DNA from: Naegleria gruberi
Taxonomy: Eukaryota
Reading direction: 5' to 3' (one strand)
Assembly (NCBI GenBank): GCA_000004985.1
Contig: GG738854.1
Length of the DNA: 64,000 nt
Shown in pieces: positions 40,724-49,961 of the stretch. The stretch's first letter is position 1. Each line of letters opens with the position of its first letter. The notes beneath the pieces are model-generated. The model did not search any database, had not been told where the DNA came from, and saw nothing but the letters and a program-made list of their open reading frames with translations. The position numbers and the translations under genes are program-made.

Positions 40724-42460
40724 ATGATTCAACTCCTTGACTTGGATTCTCTTGCTTCCATCTTCTCATTTCTTCCTGACAATCACCGAGGAAAATCTGC
40801 TCAAATATTGAAATGTGTTTCCAAGTACTTTTCCCACTTGTTTTCAGTAAATTATAATCATCAATATACTGATTACTTTCGGGAAGTGTTCGGATCAATG
40901 TTTGTGCCAAAGATGTATATTCAACTATGTAGGCTTTCTACTCAGTCCTCCGATCGTGATGAATTTGGAGATCAATTTAGCAATTGTTTAAAAAGATTAT
41001 TCGGAAGAAGATTTGAAGCAATTTCCAAGACTGAATTTGAATTGGAGTTTGATTTTCCAACTACTACTGAAGAGAAGAATACTGAACATATTTTGAATTT
41101 TCTTCCACACATTGTGGAGCAGAATTCAGACGAAAGGCAATACTTGTTGGATGATGAAAAACATTCTGCCAATCATGATTTGATAAAGCAACTGCTACAT
41201 TGGAAGTTTAATTCTAAAGATTCACTGACATTGAATAATTATCGGAACTTTGATAAAAGGAAGAAAATCAATGCATTTCGTTTCTTCAAAAAATTCAAAT
41301 TTCATTTTCAATTAGTCACTAACTCCACATTGGGAGAAACAGAAATTTACACTTGTAAATACTTTAATCTATTCGAAGTATGGGATAATGTCATAGTTCC
41401 CAAACTAGATTCAACTTCTGTTAGATGTGAAATAGAGAAGAGTTCAGAATCTCAAGCTTATGGAATTATTCGTTCTTCTTTTCTGAACTTCATCAAGTAT
41501 GCAGAAAAATATGGAGACTTTGAATTGCAACAAATATATAATGGGAAAGAGTTGGATGAATTACAAAAAATCTCACAAGAAGGTTCTATTACTGACTTGA
41601 TTGACTATTTGACCATTTCAAGAAATATAATAATGCATTTCACAACGAGTATACTCTCCAACAATACCAACCTGATTCGATATTCTTCCATAGAGAGGCC
41701 ATACTTTCACCCTAAAATACGCACTGCTTTGGGAATTACTGAGAACCTATCACTCATACCATGGAATGTATTTACCAACAATATTAGACTCGAGTTCTCT
41801 TCAATCATTCTCTATCACTTGTTGGAGGATGCGTTGAATATTTCAGAGGAATATCTCACCAAGTACAGAAACATACACAACCTACCAATATATCACCAGA
41901 AAGAGCAGAGGATTACTTTTGTATCGAATAGGAACAATTTTGTTCTCAAATTTCAAACCCTTGAATTCTACAGAACTGTTGCCATAATTAGAAATAACAT
42001 TGTGACAATACCCTTCTACCCAAGTGCATCCCTTGAGGGTTTCTCTCATCATGTTCCTCGCGACCAAGTATCAACCTTCCCTACCACCTTAGATTCAGTC
42101 AATCTGTGTTGCATGAAGTACTGCACCTTCAATACTATCACTGCTCCATTATGGTGTGTTCCTTGCTGTTGCTGGTGGGGTGCCATGACTTGTTGTTGTC
42201 TCTATCCTCTATGTTATCAAGCAGAGAAATTGCTCTCTGGAGATGGTATGTGTGATGCACTGGTGGACAGCAAACATAGATGCATGTCGTGTTTTGATTG
42301 TGATGTATGTTTATTCGTTTCTGCCAACTCCTTGTGTTATCCTTGCTTTTTATTAAAGGCCAGGGTAACCGATGGACCTTTTCTACCAGAGGCCAGAAGT
42401 TGGACCATTGCTGACGACAAGATATTTGGAAATAATAATAACTATTGCAATATTCTGTAG
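40724..42460 (+). CDS. F-box-like N-terminus with polycysteine C-terminal tail protein (578 aa), intact paralog of 1434..2611
   Basis: ATG at 40724 (AAAAAAAATGATTCAA). MIQLLDLDSLASIFSFLPDNH. C-terminal 100 aa with about 25 Cys: CCMKYCTF..LWCVPCCCWWGAMTCCCLYPLCY..CMSCFDCDVCLF..CYPCF. Confidence 0.6.
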   Translation: MIQLLDLDSLASIFSFLPDNHRGKSAQILKCVSKYFSHLFSVNYNHQYTDYFREVFGSMFVPKMYIQLCRLSTQSSDRDEFGDQFSNCLKRLFGRRFEAISKTEFELEFDFPTTTEEKNTEHILNFLPHIVEQNSDERQYLLDDEKHSANHDLIKQLLHWKFNSKDSLTLNNYRNFDKRKKINAFRFFKKFKFHFQLVTNSTLGETEIYTCKYFNLFEVWDNVIVPKLDSTSVRCEIEKSSESQAYGIIRSSFLNFIKYAEKYGDFELQQIYNGKELDELQKISQEGSITDLIDYLTISRNIIMHFTTSILSNNTNLIRYSSIERPYFHPKIRTALGITENLSLIPWNVFTNNIRLEFSSIILYHLLEDALNISEEYLTKYRNIHNLPIYHQKEQRITFVSNRNNFVLKFQTLEFYRTVAIIRNNIVTIPFYPSASLEGFSHHVPRDQVSTFPTTLDSVNLCCMKYCTFNTITAPLWCVPCCCWWGAMTCCCLYPLCYQAEKLLSGDGMCDALVDSKHRCMSCFDCDVCLFVSANSLCYPCFLLKARVTDGPFLPEARSWTIADDKIFGNNNNYCNIL

Positions 42461-42720
42461 TTTATGATGAAGGAAGAAAATCAAATAGGAAATATCAATG
42501 GTTGAATTCATTGTTTCTTACGGAGCTACTCGGACAGCTATTGTAAAAAGACTCAAGTGTTCGTTTTGATTGGATTCAATTGATGCATTTATAACACCAC
42601 AACCATTTTAAATGTTTTTTAAATGTTTATTGAACATTGTTCTGAATAGTTCCATTATTGACAATTTGAACAATCCAAATAATATTATTTTATCATTTTC
42701 TAAAATTAAATCAAAAAAAA

Positions 42721-43737
42721 ATGACGCAAATAGAATCAGCACTTACTGAAGATTACAGGCCTGTAAAATTGCTTCTCCTTGATCATTGTCATGATGATAG
42801 AGAAAATAATCTCCATCAAAAATTAACTCTTAAATTGAGACAATCCGATAGAATTGTTTTGATTTATAAAGCCGTGGAAAGATTTAAGAAACATCGAAAA
42901 GTTGATGAGAGATTGGTTCGTGATTTGGACTATGGTTTGCTTGTTGTACAAATAGAAGGTACTGTATTAAGAAAATTGAGAAATCAAGATAGAGAGGTGG
43001 CTTTGGCAGCTGTTGAACAGAATGGAAATTCCTATTCCTATATCAAAGGTGCTTTTCAAAAAGATTTGGAATGTGTGAGGAGGGCTGCCTCCACATGTGG
43101 CAATAGAATTGGTATGAGAATATTGAATCAAACTAAGAATCTATTCACTGATGAAGAGCGAATGGGCGTGATGAAACTAATGTTGGAAAATAGTAGATTG
43201 AATCTGGTTTACCTATTTAGATACATGTCCCCAGATTGGTTCAAAAGCTTGGAATTTTGCATGGAATTGCTTCCCAAAGTTGGGAATCATTTGTTTTCTG
43301 TTTTTTTTGATTCGTTTAGAGGGAATAGAGATGCATTGTTGCAACTCTTAAGAAATTGTACAACATTTGATAATAATTTTCCACAATTAGTGGAAAAACA
43401 TGTGTGGGATAAGGAATTAGTTTTGGAGATGGTGTCAAGGGTGGGTATTTCAATTGAACACGTACCACGAAACTTACAAGCTGACAGAGATGTTATTCTG
43501 ACAGCCGTAAAAAACGATGGAAGAGCATTGATGTTTGCCCATCCTCCACATAATGCTGATTTTGAAATTGTCACAAATGCAGTCAAAAGTAATGCAAGAG
43601 CCTTTTTCTATGTTGATAATGAGTTAAAGTCATCAAAGAAATTCATTGAAATATGCATGAGAGAAAATCTTGATGATTTTATTATTTTGAGAAAATGTGA
43701 TTTCGAGGTTGATAATGCCTTTAAAAAGTTCGAGTGA
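42721..43737 (+). CDS. DUF4116 repeat-containing protein
   Basis: Repeats such as REVALAAVEQNGNSYSYIKGAFQKDLECVRRAAS and DRDVILTAVKNDGRALMFAHPPHNADFEIVTNAVKSNARAFFYVDNELKSSKKFIEICM. ATG at 42721 in A-rich context. Confidence 0.6.
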   Translation: MTQIESALTEDYRPVKLLLLDHCHDDRENNLHQKLTLKLRQSDRIVLIYKAVERFKKHRKVDERLVRDLDYGLLVVQIEGTVLRKLRNQDREVALAAVEQNGNSYSYIKGAFQKDLECVRRAASTCGNRIGMRILNQTKNLFTDEERMGVMKLMLENSRLNLVYLFRYMSPDWFKSLEFCMELLPKVGNHLFSVFFDSFRGNRDALLQLLRNCTTFDNNFPQLVEKHVWDKELVLEMVSRVGISIEHVPRNLQADRDVILTAVKNDGRALMFAHPPHNADFEIVTNAVKSNARAFFYVDNELKSSKKFIEICMRENLDDFIILRKCDFEVDNAFKKFE

Positions 43738-43740
43738 TTA

Positions 43741-43762
43741 ATGTAGCTCACATGGTAGAGTG
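43741..43762 (+). other. Truncated 5' fragment of tRNA-Ala (first about 20 nt), 100 bp upstream of the intact tRNA-Ala
   Basis: ATGTAGCTCACATGGTAGAG matches positions 5-25 of the tRNA-Ala at 43862, then diverges (TGGGACTATT..). Confidence 0.5.
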
Positions 43763-43861
43763 GGACTATTATTATCTATTTTATTAAGTAACTTAAGTGA
43801 TTAGGAAGCATATGAGGCCTATTGGAAATGTTGTATTAAGCATTGGTTAATCTTATTGTAA

Positions 43862-43934
43862 GGGGATGTAGCTCACATGGTAGAGCGCTTCTTTAGCATG
43901 GAAGAGGTACGGGGATCGATACCCCGCATCTCCA
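43862..43934 (+). tRNA. tRNA-Ala (anticodon AGC)
   Basis: GGGGATGTAGCTCACATGGTAGAGCGCTTCTTTAGCATGGAAGAGGTACGGGGATCGATACCCCGCATCTCCA. G3:U70 Ala identity pair present. Anticodon loop TTAGCAT. Confidence 0.85.
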
Positions 43935-44004
43935 GCTTACTTTTTGCAGACGTTCATTTATTAGAAAGTTCGAAATGACCTACTTTTTAAATTAGCAAAA
44001 CTTT

Positions 44005-45738
44005 TTAATGAATGTCACCTCCAATGAAATTCAACCGACTTCCAATATTTTCCAATATTATTGGAACATACTCAACAGCTTCTCCGTCAATTGTCAGATA
44101 ACTCTTCTTTGTTGAGGTTGGCTTAAAGTACATCGCCTTAATTTTACGATACAACCACTTGTCATGGTTATGATAGTCTCCCTTCTCACAGCTCAATAAA
44201 ATAGATAAAAGTTCAAGAGGACTGGCAGGCTTCTTCACATACATCAAATCGACAAGGTTGTCATTGTGGAAGCTTAAATGGGAAGCTACAAAATCTGCTG
44301 CAGCATGAGAGACATTACTTGCAAACATATAGGTGAAGGATTGGTCGACTTCTTCGTGCTTTACATATTCTTCAGTATTAACAATACTTGCCTGCTTTGA
44401 ACTATCCAAATATTGGGTCAGGCCCATTTCCTTTAACTCTTTAGAGAGGAATTGACGTGATATTGGACTGTCCAATTCAATTTTTGATTTCAAATCAGTT
44501 TGCACAAAGGCACTGTTAATAGAGTGATTTCCTTTGAATTCTTCAATTTCAGCTCCATTTTGTTTCTTCAAGTATTCATATTTCTTTGGTTGAACAATCG
44601 TCAAATTACCTGTATAGTATCTTCCAAAACAAGCGTACCATACAGATCCTAGAATGAATCTGAAATCTCCAATGAATCTAATAAATTCAGTATCAACATC
44701 CACATCGGCAATGCCACCAAAACTAAAACTAACAAATCCATAAGTCTTTCCTTTTCCAGGTTGGAAGACTGTCCACAAATCCATAGGAGAACAAAGACCT
44801 CTACAAATAAATAGAGTGCCTCTCTTGACCAAGCTTTCGTCATTGGTTATGGTGTTGAATCCAAACAAGAATTTTTGGAAATGACAACTCACTGCATTAC
44901 CACTTCCAGTTGGAATGACACCAAATCTCATCTTTGAAAGTAAATCCAATTTTCCTTCTTTTTCTAATCTTGGAATTAAACCATTTATGACTTCATTCAG
45001 AGTACCGTCTCCACCACAAGCTATAATTTCATTAACCTTACTCAAATCCAACTCTTTTTCACAATATTCTTTAATGTGACCAGATCTCTTAGAAACAATA
45101 AACTCAAAATTATTTCCAATATGACTTTCTGTAATCATTGGCTTGACAATATTCTCAAAATTTTGTAAAGATTGACCTGATCCACTCTTTGGGTTAATAA
45201 ATATCAATAATTTTCTATTGGATTGAACTAATTGCTCTCCAGATTCAACTCTAAATATTTTCTTCTTTAACAAATCAGCAAGTGATTGAACCAATTCCGA
45301 GCTAGGACCACTAATTGTCATCTTTTCCTTGTGATTGGTAATTAAATTCAAACTCAACAAGACCACTCTATCTTCTTCTTCGGAATGGACAGCATAAAAC
45401 TCATAGAGAGGAATAATTCTGGTTTCTTGCTGGTTATTACTGGAGGTAATAATTAATTGTTCATCAAAAACTTCAACAGTACAATCAGAAATTATATTTG
45501 AATAGCCTTGTCCGTCCTGTACTTTATAGTCTACTGTCATATTGGCAGCTTTCATCAAGGATTGTCCCTTCTTTTCCAAGTAGAGTATGTGTTTATCCCG
45601 ATTAGCATGTTTGTTGAGTATTTCACTCATCTGTTGATAGGGAGAGCTATTCTTCTTATTATTCTTCTTCCACAAATATCCGACAACTATCACCACAGCA
45701 ATCACCAAGGCAGTAAATAACCAAGTGTTATCCAACAT
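44005..45738 (-). CDS. Lipid kinase with DAGK catalytic domain (sphingosine/ceramide kinase-like) and N-terminal TM anchor
   Basis: LLIFINPKSGSGQS and IIACGGDGTLNEVINGL (DAGKc GGDG motif). N-terminal hydrophobic WLFTALVIAVVIVVGYLW. ORF starts at TTG 45783; first ATG at 45738. Confidence 0.65.
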   Translation of the reverse strand: MLDNTWLFTALVIAVVIVVGYLWKKNNKKNSSPYQQMSEILNKHANRDKHILYLEKKGQSLMKAANMTVDYKVQDGQGYSNIISDCTVEVFDEQLIITSSNNQQETRIIPLYEFYAVHSEEEDRVVLLSLNLITNHKEKMTISGPSSELVQSLADLLKKKIFRVESGEQLVQSNRKLLIFINPKSGSGQSLQNFENIVKPMITESHIGNNFEFIVSKRSGHIKEYCEKELDLSKVNEIIACGGDGTLNEVINGLIPRLEKEGKLDLLSKMRFGVIPTGSGNAVSCHFQKFLFGFNTITNDESLVKRGTLFICRGLCSPMDLWTVFQPGKGKTYGFVSFSFGGIADVDVDTEFIRFIGDFRFILGSVWYACFGRYYTGNLTIVQPKKYEYLKKQNGAEIEEFKGNHSINSAFVQTDLKSKIELDSPISRQFLSKELKEMGLTQYLDSSKQASIVNTEEYVKHEEVDQSFTYMFASNVSHAAADFVASHLSFHNDNLVDLMYVKKPASPLELLSILLSCEKGDYHNHDKWLYRKIKAMYFKPTSTKKSYLTIDGEAVEYVPIILENIGSRLNFIGGDIH

Positions 45739-45802
45739 ATTTTTTCTAACAATGATTTTGGATAATAGTGTTAAATCGTTCAATTCGGAAGTATTGAGTG
45801 GT

Positions 45803-48481
45803 TTATTTATTGATTTCGGCTAAGAGATTTGCAAAATCAGAGCAAATTCTCTTTATCAACAAGTCAGGCGAGGAGCTTAACATGGTGACGAGGTGTTGGA
45901 GAATCAATCTCTTTGGAGTTCCAGCAATGAGTGGATTCCAATTTGTGGATGTAGATTTTGGATCCCAAGGACCTAAGAGAGAACGGAAGAGATCAGTCAG
46001 TCTGTTATTATTAATCTTTGCCAAATGTTTTGCATAGGATTGAACAGCATACATGTAACTTCCAATATCTCCAATTGCTGCTGCAGATGTCATGGCAAGC
46101 TCTAGGTCATCTATGATATCAATGTTAGCAGTTTCTGTTGTTGGTGTTATTTCTGGATGTTCAAGTCTGAATTTTTGCACTGCTTTGGCAGCCTTGTTTC
46201 TTAATACTTTGAGTGTCACTTCAGCATCTTCAAAATTAACATCCTCAATTTCTTCAAGGTTTACTCTGCCTTGAGAAAGGAAAGGAGAAAATACTGAATG
46301 TGAATCGGCAACACAAATCCATGTGTTCAAATTTACATCAAAAGCAAAAGATTCACCACTAGTTAATGTTACAATACCAACACCTTTAGCTGTCACAGCA
46401 ATATCATCAACAATTCTCATCTCTACAGAAGTAATGGACGTGTTGCTTAGTAATGGGTCTGCACTGCAACGTACAAGGCACTTTTGCTTCCTGACATCCC
46501 ACACATAAAACATTAGCTCTGCAGTGTAAGCTGCCAAGAAATCTCCTGAACAATTTACATGTTCAATCTTTGAATCTAAAACTAATGGAGGTAATAATCT
46601 CATACCAGACTCTGTTGAAAAAACATGGCACTGATTGGAAGGGAATGTACATACAGCAATAAAGAATTGAGTACCAGCAGCCAAGTTTGGATAACTATGA
46701 AGGACGCTACCCGTTCCTGAAACTGTGCTCTTCCATTCTAGAGCGTTGTTTCGTTTCAATTCAACAATACCCTCCAGTGAGCAGAATAATTCATCTCTGG
46801 CATTAAGTCTTAAATAGAGTGGCTCAGCAGTAATGGTAGATAAATCCCTTAAAGGATTAATTGGATTCTTTGTTTTTTTCTTATTCTTTTTCGAATTATC
46901 TTCTGGTTCAATACGTGTTCTTTTCTTTGTTACTTCGGTTGTTACTTTCAAAATGTCAGATGTTGAATATGTACTAGGGGCAAATCCAATTGATGTCTCC
47001 ACAGCATTAACTCCTATTCTATTTGAAATTACATCATTCAACATGTTTTCCTTTTGCGTATCAATATTGAATGGACCAGTAGCAAAATTTTTGAGAGTGT
47101 TTTCCTCCTCTTCTTCATCATCATCAAAAGAAGTATGTACTGGTACAATTCTCTTTTTACCATTAACTATTTCAGTTCGTTGTGTAACTGATGGTTTTGG
47201 TTTTGGTGGTATGACATTGTTAGAACTACTAGAGGTTGCTAGAGAAGCTAAAGGATTAGACTGCAATTGTGGAAGAGGTGCAATTTCTCCAAGTTGAGGA
47301 ATTGCAAAAATGGTGCTAGGATATTCAGACAAAACTGTACCAAGCTCCATGTCTCCGTAATATTGTTCGAGGTATTCTTTTTTTTCTCTTTGACTTAATG
47401 GATTTCCAAAGAAGCCTGAAGGGAATGTGATTGAGTGTACTGAACCATCATTACTTGATACTAATAAAGACAACCCATCTGCACTCCATACAATGTCACT
47501 AATTGACTGTTTACAAATATTGTTAATATGAATCATTGGCTTTGGAATTTCAGAAGAAAAAACGCTTATCGTATCTTCAGTGCTCACTGCAAAGAAAGTC
47601 CAAGGTTTGGCTTTCTTCTTGAAAATACATGGATTAAAAGCAGTAAACCAAACAGGGTGATTATTGTGGAAAGGGATACATTGGGAGAAATCGTCCTGTC
47701 TCATATAAATATTTGCACAATAAACAGTCTTTGTGTATGCATTTGGAATAATCAAGAATTGACCACAAGGAGAAAATGAAGGTTTGTAAACAGCAATATC
47801 AACCTTACCGAATACATTACTAATCCTTTTGTGAAATTGAAAAACACCATCATTAAGGGCCCAAATAAATACAGAATGATCCGATTGAGATACAAGATAC
47901 TTTCCGATAGGATCAAAGGTAACACCTTTCACAAATTCATTGTGGTCGCTGGATTTCAATACAATATCACCAACATTTTTTGCTCTCATATCATAGACTA
48001 CTACAGAATTGTCAATTGAACAAGAAGCTAAATATCGTGAGTCACCACTCCAAGCAATAGACAGCACATCACTTGTGTGAGTCTTGAAATGTTTGATCCT
48101 CTTCCAACTCTCTTTATCAGTATTTGCTTTGGAGACCTTGTACACACTAACAGAAAAGTCATCAGAATTGGCTGCAATAAATTTACCATCTGGACTAAAC
48201 CTTGCACAATTAGTATTTCCACCAATTTTCTGGATACAGAAATCCGATTCTGTTTTAATAGTAGCGACTGATGAAGATAATTCGGTCTCTGTGATTGCAG
48301 TATCACCTGATGGTTTTGTAGAGTTGATGTAAGAAGTAGCTTTCCATATGTTGATCAACTCATCTGAACAAGTTAAAAATCTACTATTATCGGGATGAAC
48401 ATCAATAGAAAAAACAGGTTGTTCAGAAGAAATCCAGTTAATTTTTTCTGCAATGGCTTTTGGTTGTTGTTGTTCTTCCAT
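45803..48481 (-). CDS. HIRA: Histone chaperone HIRA/Hir1 homolog (N-terminal 7-blade WD40 plus C-terminal Hira region)
   Basis: VFSIDVHPDNSRFLTCSDELINIWK. ..DVLSIAWSGDSRYLASCSIDNSVVVYDMRA..VKGVTFDPIGKYLVSQSDHSVFIW. ..KKKAKPWTFFAVSTEDTISVF..DIVWSADGLSLLVSSNDGSVHSITF. These align block-by-block with HIRA. ORF starts at TTG 48520; first ATG (MEEQQQ) at 48481. Confidence 0.85.
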   Translation of the reverse strand: MEEQQQPKAIAEKINWISSEQPVFSIDVHPDNSRFLTCSDELINIWKATSYINSTKPSGDTAITETELSSSVATIKTESDFCIQKIGGNTNCARFSPDGKFIAANSDDFSVSVYKVSKANTDKESWKRIKHFKTHTSDVLSIAWSGDSRYLASCSIDNSVVVYDMRAKNVGDIVLKSSDHNEFVKGVTFDPIGKYLVSQSDHSVFIWALNDGVFQFHKRISNVFGKVDIAVYKPSFSPCGQFLIIPNAYTKTVYCANIYMRQDDFSQCIPFHNNHPVWFTAFNPCIFKKKAKPWTFFAVSTEDTISVFSSEIPKPMIHINNICKQSISDIVWSADGLSLLVSSNDGSVHSITFPSGFFGNPLSQREKKEYLEQYYGDMELGTVLSEYPSTIFAIPQLGEIAPLPQLQSNPLASLATSSSSNNVIPPKPKPSVTQRTEIVNGKKRIVPVHTSFDDDEEEEENTLKNFATGPFNIDTQKENMLNDVISNRIGVNAVETSIGFAPSTYSTSDILKVTTEVTKKRTRIEPEDNSKKNKKKTKNPINPLRDLSTITAEPLYLRLNARDELFCSLEGIVELKRNNALEWKSTVSGTGSVLHSYPNLAAGTQFFIAVCTFPSNQCHVFSTESGMRLLPPLVLDSKIEHVNCSGDFLAAYTAELMFYVWDVRKQKCLVRCSADPLLSNTSITSVEMRIVDDIAVTAKGVGIVTLTSGESFAFDVNLNTWICVADSHSVFSPFLSQGRVNLEEIEDVNFEDAEVTLKVLRNKAAKAVQKFRLEHPEITPTTETANIDIIDDLELAMTSAAAIGDIGSYMYAVQSYAKHLAKINNNRLTDLFRSLLGPWDPKSTSTNWNPLIAGTPKRLILQHLVTMLSSSPDLLIKRICSDFANLLAEINK

Positions 48482-48642
48482 TTTTTTTAAATTTTTTGAA
48501 AGGAATAATTTTGGCGGCAAGTTAAATTCGAATTTTTTTGTTAAATTTCAACTAATATTTTTGAAAACATAGATTAAATTGTTAATGTTTCTTCCAATAA
48601 ACAGAAAAAGTTTGAATTTTGAAATTTTGAAATATTCTTTAA

Positions 48643-49740
48643 TTATTTCTTCTTCTTTGCAATTTGGAAATCTTTAGAGTCTTTTCTTGGTGCCTTGCTT
48701 CCTTTGACTTTGTAATGACCTTTAGCTTGGGCCATAAGATGTACCTTCTTGGTCTTTCTGGTATCTTTTTCTGTCAAATGTTGGAAGATATTGATGGCGT
48801 TTGTCTTTAATTGACCTGTCTTTTTCTTGGAGTTTTCCTTTAAAATTCTACTACTGATCTTCATAGCCTTAGTCTTTTCATCCTTTGATTTTGATCCAGA
48901 AGCTACCAAGTGTGAAATACCCTTCTTGACAGGCATTGACTTTTCGTCTTTAACTTGTGTATCAAATTTACCCATACTTGCTGTACTCACTCTGGCAAAA
49001 TCATATGCATTAAGAAAATCATCCTTCATTCCAAGATGTGCTCGCTTTGGATTAATTTTACCTCCATTAACGTTAGAAATCTTCAAAGATGATGGAGCAG
49101 TTGGATTATATTTGTTTTTCATAGCAAGAGCTCTATTTTCCTTTTCAGCATCATTTGAACCCTTCTTAGCAGCTCCTTTACCGATATTTGTGACTTGATT
49201 TTTAAGTTGTAGTCTCTTCTTTTCCTTCTTTTCTAATTGTCTTTGTAAGAATGGATCTTCGAATTTCTCGTCACCTGCCTTAGCTGGTATAATTATATCA
49301 TTTTCAGCAGCATTATTGGCCTTCTTCCAACCAAATCTAGGTCTAAATTCGTCATGTACTTCATCATAAACCAAAGCATCCCTTTCATTCTTTCCTCTAA
49401 CACGGAGACCCTTTTCTTGTTGGTATTTTTCAAATCGGGTCATTTCTCGTTTCTTTGGACATGGTTTTCCTCTAGGTAAACGGAACTCTGGGTCAGGTAA
49501 TTCGGCATAAAGACCTGTTTCTTCATGTGTAATATTTTCAATTTGGAAAAGACGATTTACTAATAATTGTACATTGTCTCTAGCACTGTTAAGAAGTTGA
49601 TCTTGTGATGGAGTTTCAATCGGATGTACATCTAAACACATTAAATGACCAATATCATATTCCAAATCATCGGTCTTCTCCACAGATGATGCTTTAAAGG
49701 TTTGTTGCGATGAGGTTTTGTTGAGTGAACGTGCAACCAT
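48643..49740 (-). CDS. RRS1: Ribosome biogenesis regulatory protein RRS1 homolog
   Basis: YDIGHLMCLDVHP..ARDNVQLLVNRLFQI..LPDPEFRLPRGKPCPKKREMTRFEKYQQEKGLRVRGKNERDALVYDEVHDEFRPRFGWKKAN matches the RRS1 core. Lysine-rich C-terminus. ATG at 49740. Confidence 0.8.
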   Translation of the reverse strand: MVARSLNKTSSQQTFKASSVEKTDDLEYDIGHLMCLDVHPIETPSQDQLLNSARDNVQLLVNRLFQIENITHEETGLYAELPDPEFRLPRGKPCPKKREMTRFEKYQQEKGLRVRGKNERDALVYDEVHDEFRPRFGWKKANNAAENDIIIPAKAGDEKFEDPFLQRQLEKKEKKRLQLKNQVTNIGKGAAKKGSNDAEKENRALAMKNKYNPTAPSSLKISNVNGGKINPKRAHLGMKDDFLNAYDFARVSTASMGKFDTQVKDEKSMPVKKGISHLVASGSKSKDEKTKAMKISSRILKENSKKKTGQLKTNAINIFQHLTEKDTRKTKKVHLMAQAKGHYKVKGSKAPRKDSKDFQIAKKKK

Positions 49741-49961
49741 TTTTTTTGAAGTTATTTTTTCAACTAAATTTTTGATGAAGCGAAAACGAATATCATCACC
49801 ATCAGGAATATTATTTTTTATTTAGTGATTTTAAATTCTAATCCTAAGTAGATGGTATTGTTTAAAAGTTTTAAATATAAGATACATATTGTTCAATATT
49901 ACAATCATTTCATAATATTAAATAGAATTTAATTAAACATTATGTAGAAGGAATTAAAAAA

